A DNA stretch of 63,988 nucleotides, filler included, from Octopus bimaculoides (Eukaryota), in assembly GCF_001194135.2 (NCBI RefSeq). It is 7 parts of 5 records of this genome, joined end to end, with 100 filler letters (N's around TTAATTAATTAA, not from the genome) between each part and the next. Parts side by side here need not be neighbours in the genome. Positions count along the whole stretch, not along the records: positions 43,204 to 56,422 come from NC_068984.1; positions 56,523 to 62,771 come from NC_068983.1; 5 more parts are not named here. One strand, given 5' to 3'. Position 1 is the stretch's first letter. Each line of letters begins with the position of its first letter. Positions 51,832 through 61,906 of this stretch are shown here, piece after piece. The position numbers and the translations under genes are program-made. A model generated the notes under the pieces. The model worked only from the letters and a program-made list of their open reading frames with translations, made no database searches and was not told the DNA's origin.

Positions 51832-52501
51832 GATGGGCTTCTTTCAGTTTCCGTCTACCAAATCCACTCACAAGGCTTTGGTTGGCCCGAGGCTATAGTA
51901 GAAGACACTTGCCCAAGATGCCACGCAGTGGGACTGAACCTGGAACCATGTGGTTGGTAAGCAAGCTACTTACCACACAACCACTCCTGCGCCTAGTTAA
52001 AAAAATTCAAGAACGAAAATTTGCAATATACTCTAGGATTTTATAAAATAAATTATCTTTCTTGTATCTCCTTCTCCAAATAAATTCATAAATATAGGAG
52101 TAAACCATGCCCAAGTACTTTCAAATTGTTAAATGTAAGTCTCATCTGTTATGAAAACAAACAGTTATAGAACAAGCGGTAGTCAAACTCCTTGTGCGCA
52201 TCTGCAGCATCTTTGGTTACTATGGAAACAGAGTTCTTCGCAATCAGCTATGGAACATGTGGTGCTTCTTTGCTTTTGGTTACAATAGAAACAGATTTCT
52301 TTGCCATGGTGAAATGCTCACTTCTGATTGGCTAAAATACCCAAATTTTGCAAATTTTAAAGGCTAATAACTTTTTAATTATGGATTTATAGGGAAAATG
52401 AATTTCATTTTCATAATTAGTATACAAAACTTAATCCATATACCAAATTTGAAAACAACTGGAACAAAATTGTAAGCAGTGATGAAAACCACAAGGATCC
52501 C
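51159..52501. mobile_element. Probable old non-autonomous DNA transposon with GGGATC termini, interrupted by a SINE
   Basis: GGGATCTTTGTGGTTT..TTACAATT vs rc of AATTGTAA..AAACCACAAGGATCCC; inner inverted AGCCAATCAGAA at ~51328 / ~52325; no clear TSD. Confidence 0.5.
51617..51995 (-). mobile_element. SINE family A, young near-complete copy
   Basis: Close reverse-complement match to 29522-29890. Confidence 0.9.
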
Positions 52502-52907
52502 GATTTTGTCTTCTGCATAATGGATACGACTATGCAGAAAAAAAATTCCCCCTGCAATTTTTTTTTTAATTCATGGTTTTAAAATACAGACAGCCCGAAT
52601 CTACCATTCATTTCTCTTTATAATTTCCAAATAATTTTTAATACTTTTATTGAAGAAAGTCAATTGACGGTCTTCACACTTTTTCACATAATCCTGGACT
52701 TTACATGTGAAACGCTAGTGACACGCTGTATGTCCATCAACAATATTAGCAGACAGACAGCTGTGCAGTGGTATGACATATAGTCCCAGTTGACAAAAGC
52801 CTTCTTTTTATGAAGAAAAAAGTTGGAAGAGTCGTGAAGAAGTTTTGGATATATGTGCAATTTTTTGTGTACACGTGCATGTATAAAAATATAATTAAAA
52901 CACCGAC

Positions 52908-52949
<42 letters not shown>

Positions 52950-53222
52950 AAGCCTAATAGTGTGAGTTTTCTAAAACTCCTTTAGGACAAACAGTTTTTG
53001 CAATAAATTCCAAAATTCCAATTTAATTGGAATCTACACGATCTGAAGCATATTTGTAGAAAAGAAATATTTAATTTTCTCAAGGTTATGAAGAAGCAAA
53101 TCTTTGAGGCAAAATTGTATAGATATGCTGAAATATTTATATAGATATACAAGGATCTATATCTATATTAACTCTGTAAAAGTGTATGTGTGTGTGTGTG
53201 TATATTTGTATATTTCTGTATG

Positions 53223-53490
53223 CAGTCATTACATCCTTGCAATCTTGATAAATAAAGTACCAGTCAGTACATCCTTCTAAGATTGATAAATAAAGTACAG
53301 GTTGATAAATAAAGTACCAATCCTACATCCTTTCAAGCTGATAAATAAAGTACCAGTCATTACACCCTTGCAAGTTTGACAAATAGAGTACCAGTCAGTA
53401 CATCCTTTATAGGTTGATGAATAAAATACTAACCATTACATCCTTTCAAGGTTTATAAACTAAGTACCAGTTTAGTACTAAGATCAATTC
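53223..53490 (+). repeat. Tandem array of seven ~38-bp units (one truncated) derived from the SINE B core
   Basis: Unit CAGTCA(T/G)TACATCCTT..AAG.TTGATAAATAAAGTAC matches the SINE B core CATCCTTTC..GGT.GATAAA.TAAGTACCAGT. Confidence 0.85.
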
Positions 53491-54524
53491 AGCTTTTACT
53501 TTCTCTTTTTTTTTCCTTTTTATTTCTGGACTGTACCTGCAAAAGTCTATCCCTTGTACATTTTGCTTCACTGATTCAGCTTAAGAACTGCATTTAAGTA
53601 AGACGTGTCTATGGAATAATTCAGCTAGTTATACATTTAAATTTCATGACCAGGAATTCAGTTGCTTGAACAACTGAATGTTTAATGCAAGACTGATGAA
53701 GATTTTCCTATTATTGTTTGGTTGAATGTCTAAAATAGCTGAGATGAGTTGTTATTAACAAGATAACAGTTTTCTGGACGATTAACTTCATCAGTTCAGT
53801 ATTTCTATATTCACCTTTACATTATGCTTCAAATGAAGATCACACTAATGAAAACAGATAACGTTAGATCTATCTCCAGCCCTAAGATTCATCAGTCTTA
53901 CCCAAATTCCATGGCTTATAACTGACCTAGTCCCAACACTCCCTCGAATGTGATGACTGAAATACTGGTCTACCACAGGGTTAATCATTTATAGTCGTCG
54001 ATCACTGATTGGTGAAAGTAACTTGGAGATAATTATCAAAGTTTTAATTCTGATGATAATGATGTCGTCAGTAAGACAACATTCATTATTCCAATCATTT
54101 TTGCTTATTATAAAATTATGATAATAAATGACCAGTAATAATTAGCTCATTGATAGATAATAAGTCCCCTGGACATCAGTGTCTCAAGTCCTAAGACTCA
54201 CAGGGCCAGGTGCCTGGTTTCCATGGCATGTAAGTGAATGAGATCATTATATTCTCTCCAGTCCATTGCAGGGTTATTCATTTACAGCTGAGTAAACTGA
54301 AGCAATATGAAATGAAGTGTTTTTTCAAGAATGCAATGAACCACCCAAACAAGGAATTGAAACCATGATTTATTAACTGTTAGGCAACTCTCTAACCACT
54401 AGGACATGTGATGTCACCAGAACATAGCATAGATATAAAATAGTTGCAGGAATGGGTGTGTGGTAAGAAGTTTGCTCTAACAAGACATCCATGTTAAGTT
54501 GGATATAATAGTTACCTTTTGGCA

Positions 54525-55160
54525 GTGAAGGCATCTCAGTTAGTGGTTAGAGGTATTTGGTTCATGATTATAAAGCTGTGAGTTCAATTCCCAATGGCGT
54601 GCTGTGTTTTTTAGCAAAACACTTTATTTTACTTTGCTCCAGTCCACTCAGCTGGCAAAAATGGATTGTACCTGTAATTCAAAGGGCCAGCTGTGTGACA
54701 TTTTGTGTCACACTGAATCTCCCTGAGAAAAGCATTAAGGGTATATGTGTCTGTGGAGTGCTCAGCCACTTGCATGTTAATTTCATGAGCAGGTTGTTCC
54801 ATTGATCAGATCAACTGGAATACTCATTATAACCAATGGAGTGTCAGTTTTAGTGAAGGTGTGTGGCTTAGTGGTTAGAGTAATCGGCTCATGTTCATAT
54901 GGCCATGAGTTCGATTCCCAGGAGTACATTGTGTCCTTGAGCAAGGCACTTTATTTCACGTTGCTCCAATCGACTCAGCTGGCAAAAATGCATAGTACCA
55001 GTAATTCAAAGGGTGAGCCTTGTCACATTCTACATTACACTGAATCTCTCTGAGAACTACATTAAGGGTACATGCATTTGTAGAGGACTCAGCTACTTGT
55101 ATGTTAATTTCACAAGCAGGTTGTTCCGTTGATCAGATCACCTAGAACACTCGTCATCAT
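54525..55160 (+). mobile_element. Two head-to-tail copies of SINE family D (54525-54850, 54853-55160)
   Basis: Both start GTGAAGG..TAGTGGTTAGAG and share GAGTTC(A/G)ATTCCC, CACTTTATTT..TTGCTCCA..ACTCAGCTGGCAAAAATG and the 3' portion. Confidence 0.85.
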
Positions 55161-55260
55161 CATTTTAATAATTACCTTTTGGTATTAACACTACTTTCAC
55201 CACTATAATTTATTTCAATTATAGTTGAACAGATCTCGCAAAGTCAGCTTAATTCCTTCC

Positions 55261-55340
55261 ATTGGATAAAATTGGCCAATCAGCTTAGCTCGGCAAATTT
55301 TCAGCAAACTATTCTTGGAGCTGCCTGTTCGTTATAAAAG
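55261..55340 (+). promoter_or_regulatory. Candidate CCAAT/TATA promoter module
   Basis: ATTGG at 55261, palindromic ATTGGCCAAT at 55271-55280, and TATAAAAG at 55333-55340. Motif-only evidence. Confidence 0.25.
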
Positions 55341-56169
55341 GAAGCCTATTCACTGAATTTAATTAGAGATTTTAACTACCTTAGCTAGTGGCAGTTTCTC
55401 TAACTTCAGTTATTTTAACCTATATATATATATATTCTTTCCTATCTTCTCTCCCTCACTCTCCATCACTGCCTTGGTCAATCAGTTTAGCATCCATACC
55501 ATATTCTCTTTCTCTCCTTTATTTGCTTAATCTTTACAGATATGCAGAAGAATTCACATTATGAGTAGACTAGAGAGCCTATTTTCCTTTCTTTGCATAC
55601 ACACTCGCATCTCTTTACAACTTGATAAATTTCTCACATTTCGCAAGTGACACACAACTCTTTTTAGAGTTGTACTTGTCTGACAAGTGATTTATCTGAA
55701 ACTAAAGCAATTACAAAGTGGAAAACACACATTAGCTATTGAAAATCACACAGAAACTGTTATTTTCACTTAATCCCTTATTACTTGGCGTCAAAATTCA
55801 TTTCGTGCAGTCTGCAATCTAGTTTCTGACATGTTTTCATGTAGACAGTGTGATGAAAATTTTGACATCTAGTAATAAATGATTAGGGGAAGTTAGCAGT
55901 TTATCTGTGTGTTTTGGAGTAGTTAAAATGAGTCTTCCAAGCTTCATGCTGTAATTGCCACGCACAGCACTTTTTCACCAGATGAAAGAAGTTTTGACTG
56001 ATTCTTGCAACTTGTTGAAAGTAGAATTGATATTCTTTCTTCACAGTTTCCATGTTCATAATATTTAATGTTCCTTTATTTGAATTATATCTATGTATGA
56101 TGATGATGATATTTCTACAACACAAAAAATATTTTAATCTTTTATGCAATTTTAATCTTTTATACAATA

Positions 56170-56337
56170 GGCACAGGAGTGGCTGTGTGGTAAGTAGCTT
56201 GCTTACCAACCACATGGTTCCGGGTTCAGTCCCACTGTGTGGCACCTTGGGCAAGTGTCTTCTACTACAGCCTCAGGCCGACCAAAGCCTTGTGAGTGGA
56301 TTTGGTAGACAGAAACTGAAAAAAGCCCATCGTATAG

Positions 56338-56378
<41 letters not shown>

Positions 56379-56422
56379 TGTTTGTGTATATGTTTGTGTG
56401 TCTGTGTTTGTCCCCCCAACAT
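56170..56422 (+). mobile_element. SINE family A, 5' half
   Basis: Close match to 29522-29750. Confidence 0.9.
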
Positions 56423-56549
56423 NNNNNNNNNNNNNNNNNNNNNNNNNNNNNNNNNNNNNNNNNNNNTTAATTAATTAANNNNNNNNNNNNNNNNNNNNNN
56501 NNNNNNNNNNNNNNNNNNNNNNATATATATATATATATATATATATAGT

Positions 56550-56687
56550 AATAAGAAAATGGATGGGATCATGAGGCGGTATTCATCAACTTTTAGACAT
56601 TATATTATGTCTATTTATTTAATAGACATAATATAATGTCTAAAAGTTGATGAATACCACTTCTTCATCCCCCTCCATTTTCTTATT
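56550..56687. repeat. Hairpin with perfect 38-bp inner stem (56578-56615 / 56621-56658) and imperfect outer stem
   Basis: GGTATTCATCAACTTTTAGACATTATATTATGTCTATT, loop TATTT, then its exact reverse complement. Confidence 0.95.
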
Positions 56688-57105
56688 GCCATATAAATTA
56701 AGGGTAAAACAACTTTTACCCTCACACATTTCTTACAGTCAGTAGTGTAATTGCCATGCAATGAAAATACACTTACGTAATAATAATTGGGTATTGTATC
56801 AGCAGTATACTGGATAGATATTATCCCTTAGTTGGTTGGATTTACAACCTGTAACTCTCTTGAATTAGAGTGTATGTGTGTGCGTTTGTACGTGCGTATG
56901 TGTTGTATGCGTGTGTGTGTTGTTATAGTTGTTCAACATAACATCGAAATGATTTCCAAAGTTGTACCCTCGTATTATTTATATAAAGACATTCATCCAA
57001 TCACATTCCTTTTCATGCATACATGAAGCTTCTACGCTACCTCCTTTGTAAAAGTATCGTTTATCTATAGTTATAAAATATGATAGATTTCAATGCTATA
57101 CTCAC

Positions 57106-57216
57106 ATGCACGACAGTATCGTCCGCTATATCCAGGTCGGCATTTACAGCTGAAGCTCCGTCCTCTTCCAATACAAACGCCACCGTTCCCGCAAGGTCTC
57201 CTGTGGCATGGATTAA
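57106..57216 (-). CDS. EGF-like domain exon (third in transcript order): NPCHRRPCGNGGVCIGRGRSFSCKCRPGYSGRYCRA
   Basis: Acceptor TTTGTTCTTTTATGCGCTAG, donor GTGAGT, 111 bp, phase 1-1, open frame, C-x4-C-x5-C-x8-C-x-C-x8-C spacing. Confidence 0.9.
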
Positions 57217-57617
57217 CTAGCGCATAAAAGAACAAATAAAAGTCTTATTTCACAGTCTTATGTTTTTTACAATGCAATAACAGTAAGATTTCCTTTAAAA
57301 AATGCCCCATTAATTGCCCTTACTGATTTTCCATTTTTGTGTCTCCTTCTTCATGTTTTTCTTTTGTCTCCCCTGTTTTTCCTCACTTACAGCATGAAAA
57401 AAATAATTCCAGAAACGTTAAGACTGTCAGGCGATGGTGTGGGGGAATTCAAATATAGGCACAAACATATAAATGCACACATACACACACACACACACAC
57501 ACANNNNNNNNNNNNNNNNNNNNNNNNNNNNNNNNNNNNNNNNNNNNNNNNNNNNNNNNNNNNNNNNNNNNNNNNNNNNNNNNNNNNNNNNNNNNNNNNN
57601 NNNNNNNNNNNNNNNNN

Positions 57618-57650
<33 letters not shown>

Positions 57651-57659
57651 ACGGATACA

Positions 57660-58740
57660 TTATTTCCATTATTTACAATTGACGGATATTTGTCCACTTC
57701 TTGTTTGTTGCTAACACAACGTTTCGGTTGATATACCCTCCAGCCTTCTTCAGGTGTCTTGTGGAAATTTCGAACCTGGGTTCTCATTCCTAAGATATTT
57801 TTCGATGTTATTATTATTATTCAGGTTACTACTTTTAGTAGTCCGCGTTCTTAACCACTACACCATATGCCTGTGGACAATTACGGAGTGAATTTTAAGG
57901 CTTATAAATCTAATATTTTTCTATCCTTCCTTAATACCGGTTCCCATATGCTGCCCATACCTGCACTCGGTCTGCTTAGGAGGTTGTTGTGTCCTAGCAT
58001 ATGTGCTGCTTCTTTTAGTTTTCGTATTTTCCAGTGGTGTTCTCTGTCTATTATTTTAACTTCATCCCACAGGGGGAGGTGGTTTCCATTTTTCCATACA
58101 TGATCAGCTATACCCGATTTATCAATATTTCCCCGTGTCACAGCTTTGCGATGTTCCTCTACCCTTATTTTGAGGAGGCGACATGTTTCACCTTTGTATA
58201 AACTACCACAGCTGCATGGGATGGAGTACACGCAGTTCTTAAATCATATTCTCTTCTATTGGTGGTTTTACTAGAAGGATATATTAACGAAGTGCTGTAT
58301 TACTTTTGAATACTGTCCTGATGTCATGTGGACCGCATATCTTTCGTAACTTTTTGGAGAGGCCTTTCACATAGGGTAGACAGACTGTGGACAGTATATT
58401 GGCCTCATCTTCTCTCTTCTTCATAGTTGAAGTGGATAGTACATTTCAGCTAGTTGTTGCTTAACAGATCGTTATTGAGCTTGATCATTTCTTCGTAGTG
58501 TGTATTACGATCGCTACTTATATTCTTTTGTTTTAGGCACGGGTGTTTTAGACACTAAGCTATCCCTCTCTTTACACTATATGGATGGTGGGAATTGAAG
58601 TTGAGGTATCGTCCAGTAAAGGTCGGCTTGCTGTATACGGATGTCCTGAATTCATACTTGGTGCGTCTTATTAATACCTCCAGGAATGCCAGCTGCTTGT
58701 CTTTTTCCTTTTCCATTGTGAATGGATGGCTTTATTGAGT
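57660..58740 (-). mobile_element. Penelope-like element remnant: RT thumb end, GIY-YIG endonuclease and 3' terminal repeat
   Basis: FTMEKEKDKQLAFLEVLI..SVYSKPTFTGRYLNFNSHHP, then VYSIPCSCGSLYKGETCR..IRVEEHR..SGIADH..KLKEA. Confidence 0.9.
57713..57758 (-). ncRNA. Minimal type I hammerhead ribozyme in the Penelope 3' repeat
   Basis: GACAC-CTGAAGA-A-GGCTG(10 nt)CAACC-GAAA-CG-TT-GTGTT: intact core, 5-bp helix I, stem II with one C-A mismatch, and palindromic AACGTT. Predicted cut after GUU. Confidence 0.65.
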
Positions 58741-58779
58741 TCACATGATCTAACAGCACTTGAAAATCTTAGAACTGTA

Positions 58780-58944
58780 TATACAACGACCTTCTTTCAG
58801 TGCCCGTCTATCAAATCTGCTCAAAAGGCTTTAGTTGGCCGAGGCTATAGTTGAAGACATCTGCGAAAGGTGCCAGACAGTGGGACTGAACCTAATAACA
58901 TGTGCTTGGGAAGCTAACTTTTACTACACACCCACGCCAGTGAT

Positions 58945-58945
<1 letters not shown>
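58780..58945 (-). mobile_element. SINE family A head (co-duplicated with the EGF unit)
   Basis: It ends ..CCACGCCAGTGATT, exactly as the copy at 61745-61905. Confidence 0.8.
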
Positions 58946-58975
<30 letters not shown>

Positions 58976-59028
58976 ATGCATGTATATATGTGTGTGTGTA
59001 TGAATATTTATATATGTAAATATGAATG

Positions 59029-59072
<44 letters not shown>

Positions 59073-59312
59073 TGTGAGTGTGTATATGTGTGTGTTTGTA
59101 CGTGTGTGTTTGTTGTTGTTGGTCAACGAACCAACCAAATGATTTCCAAAGTTGTGCCCGCGTATTATTTACATCAAGACATTCATCCAATCACATTCCT
59201 TTTCATACTTAAATGAAACTTCTACCTCAGCTCCTTTGCAATACGCCTGCACTTGTAAAAGTATCGTTAATCTATAGCTATAAAATATAATTGTTTCCAA
59301 TGTTATACTCAC

Positions 59313-59423
59313 ATGCAAGACAGTATCGTCCGCTATATCCTGGTCGGCATCTACAGGCGAAGCTCCGTCCTCTTCTAAAACATACGCCACCGTTCTTGCA
59401 AGGTCTCCTATGGCATGGATTGA
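59313..59423 (-). CDS. EGF-like domain exon (second in transcript order): NPCHRRPCKNGGVCFRRGRSFACRCRPGYSGRYCLA
   Basis: Same acceptor and GTGAGT donor, 111 bp, phase 1-1, six Cys conserved. Confidence 0.9.
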
Positions 59424-59649
59424 CTAGCGCATAAAAGAACAAATAAAAGTCCTATTTCACAGTCTTATGTATTTTTACAATGCAATAACAGTGGGGTTTC
59501 CTTTTATTAATGCCCCCTTTATTTTCCTTACTTATTTCTCATTTTTGCTTTTCTCTCTCTCTCTGTATAATTTTCTTTTGTCTCCCCTATTTCTCCCTCA
59601 AAGAATGAAAAATAAAGATTTCGGAAATGTTAAGCATAAAACTATTATT

Positions 59650-59982
59650 TTATTCTTTCAGTCTACGAGCATGCTGGAGCAGCGCCTTAAAAGGTTTTAG
59701 TGGAAGAAATCGACCCCAAGACGTACTTGTTGTAAGCCTAGTACTTATTTTAACTAGGCACTTTTGCTGAACCGCTAAGTTACGGGGACGTAAACACTCC
59801 AACATCGGTTGTCAGGCGATGTTGGGGGAGGTCACATATAGGCACACAAACACATATAAATACATATGTATATATTGTTTCCATCTATCAAATCCGCTCA
59901 CAAGGCTTTGGTTGGCCCGAGGCTATAGTAGAAGACACTTGCGGAAGATGGAACGTGCTTGGGAGCAAGCTTTGTACCACAC
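59650..59982 (-). mobile_element. SINE family A in the EGF intron
   Basis: The 3' end, body and head are recognisable up to the gap. Confidence 0.8.
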
Positions 59983-60187
59983 NNNNNNNNNNNNNNNNNN
60001 NNNNNNNNNNNNNNNNNNNNNNNNNNNNNNNNNNNNNNNNNNNNNNNNNNNNNNNNNNNNNNNNNNNNNNNNNNNNNNNNNNNNNNNNNNNNNNNNNNNN
60101 NNNNNNNNNNNNNCGAAGAAACAACGTGAGGACGTGGAATAAGTACATTGTTATTAGACGCTCAGGAAAGGAAAGAAAAAAATGAGG

Positions 60188-60222
60188 ATTTAACGTATCG
60201 ATCGGAGATCTTCGTCAGAAAT
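60188..60222 (-). ncRNA. Minimal hammerhead-like motif (GAAA mutated to GAUA) in a Penelope-like fragment (~60114-60240)
   Basis: ATTT-CTGACGA-A-GATC(TCC)GATC-GATA-CG-TT-AAAT: intact CUGACGA, perfect stem II, and 4-bp helix I. Confidence 0.5.
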
Positions 60223-60475
60223 ATAGGAAAAGTTCAGTGTGCGAGAGAGAGAGAGAGTGTGTGTGTGTGTGTTTGTTCTTGTTGTTCAACATAACATCGA
60301 AATTATTTCCAAAATTGTACACTGACGTTATTTACGTAAAGCCATTCATCCAATCACATCCTTTTCATACATAAATGAAGCTTCTACCTCACCTCCTCTG
60401 CAACTCATTCTACACTTGTAAAAGCATCGTTAATCTACAGCGATAAAATATGATTGTTTTCAATGCTATACTCAC

Positions 60476-60586
60476 ATGCATGACAGTATCGTCCGCTATA
60501 TCCAGGTCGACATTTACAGCTGAAGCTCCGTCCTCTTCCAATACATGCGCCACCGTTCTTGCAAGGTCTCCTATGGCATGGATTAA
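60476..60586 (-). CDS. EGF-like domain exon (first in transcript order): NPCHRRPCKNGGACIGRGRSFSCKCRPGYSGRYCHA
   Basis: Same acceptor and GTGAGT donor, 111 bp, phase 1-1, six Cys conserved. Confidence 0.9.
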
Positions 60587-60819
60587 CTAGCGCATAAAAG
60601 AACAAATAAAATTCCTATTTCACAGTCTTATGTATTTTTACAATGCAATAACAGTGGGCTTTCTTTTTATTAATGTGCCCTTCATTGTCTTTACGTATAT
60701 TCCATTTTTGCTTCTAACTCTTTATGTGTTTTTGTTTTCTTGTCTCACCTATTTCTCCCTCACTTACAGCATGAAAAAAAGGATTTTTAAAAATGTTAAG
60801 CATAAAACTTCATTCTCTT

Positions 60820-61030
60820 ATTCTTTCAATCATTTGACTGCGCCCATGCTGGGGCACCGCGTTAATGGGTTTTAATCCGAGAGATCGACCCCATGAGTTA
60901 TTACTTGTCAGCATAATACTATTTTTATTTGGTGACTTTTGCTGAACCTCTATGTTATGGGGGCGTAAACACACCAAAACTTGTAGCCAAGAATAGTGGG
61001 GGGGCTGATATAAGCACACACACACATAAT
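60820..61030 (-). mobile_element. SINE family A 3' half, diverged
   Basis: TCATTTGACTGCG.CCATGCTGG.GCACCGC.TTA; same position relative to the EGF exon as the 59650 copy. Confidence 0.75.
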
Positions 61031-61419
61031 TACATATATATATATATATATANNNNNNNNNNNNNNNNNNNNNNNNNNNNNNNNNNNNNNNNNNNNNNNN
61101 NNNNNNNNNNNNNNNNNNNNNNNNNNNNNNNNNNNNNNNNNNNNNNNNNNNNNNNNNNNNNNNNNNNNNNNNNNNNNNNNNNNNNNNNNNNNNNNNNNNN
61201 NNNNNNNNNNNNNNNNNNNNNNNNNNNNNNNNNNNNNNNNNNNNNNNNNNNNNNNNNNNNNNNNNNNNNNNNNNNNNNNNNNNNNNNNNNNNNNNNNNNN
61301 NNNNNNNNNNNNNNNNNNNNNNNNNNNNNNNNNNNNNNNNNNNNNNNNNNNNNNNNNNNNNNNNNNNNNNNNNNNNNNNNNNNNNNNNNNNNNNNNNNNN
61401 NNNNNNNNNNNNNNNNNNN

Positions 61420-61740
61420 CAGACGAGAAAAATTATTTGTGTATGAACGCTGTGAGGCACGAACTTGAAAGTAGGGACGAGGTAGTTCGCGTGTTTGCTC
61501 GGAAGAAAAGGATTATTGACCGGAAGCATGTGACCATGCCGGTGTAAGGGGAAGAGAGAGAGTGGTAGAGGGAGAAACAAAGGGAGGAAGTAGAAGAATA
61601 GGTGAGCAACTAGAGGAAAAGAGAAAGAGAGGAAGTACGAGGGTGGGGGAAAGAGATACGTAGTAGTAACAGAGGAAGAACGAGAGGGGTAAAGCGAGAT
61701 ACGTAGTAGTAAAGAGGAAGAACGAGAGGGGGAAAAATGA
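61420..61740. repeat. Dispersed repeat family X fragment
   Basis: Matches 8975-9070 and 14915-15030. Confidence 0.75.
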
Positions 61741-61744
61741 TGTA

Positions 61745-61905
61745 TACAACTGGCTTCTTTCAGTTTCCGTCTATCAACTCCGCTCACAAGGCCTTGGCTG
61801 GCCCGACGCTATAGTAGAATTGTGCAAAGTGCCACGCAGTGGAACTGAATTCAGAACCATGTGCTTGAGAAGCAAGCTTCTCACCACACAGCCACGCCAG
61901 TGATT
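61745..61905 (-). mobile_element. SINE family A head
   Basis: Matches 51835-51990 and 58780-58945. Confidence 0.85.
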
Positions 61906-61906
61906 C

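Noticed and set aside
53223-53490. CRISPR-like appearance of the ~38-bp array
   Set aside because: Eukaryotic context, no unique spacers, no cas genes, and the units derive from a SINE.
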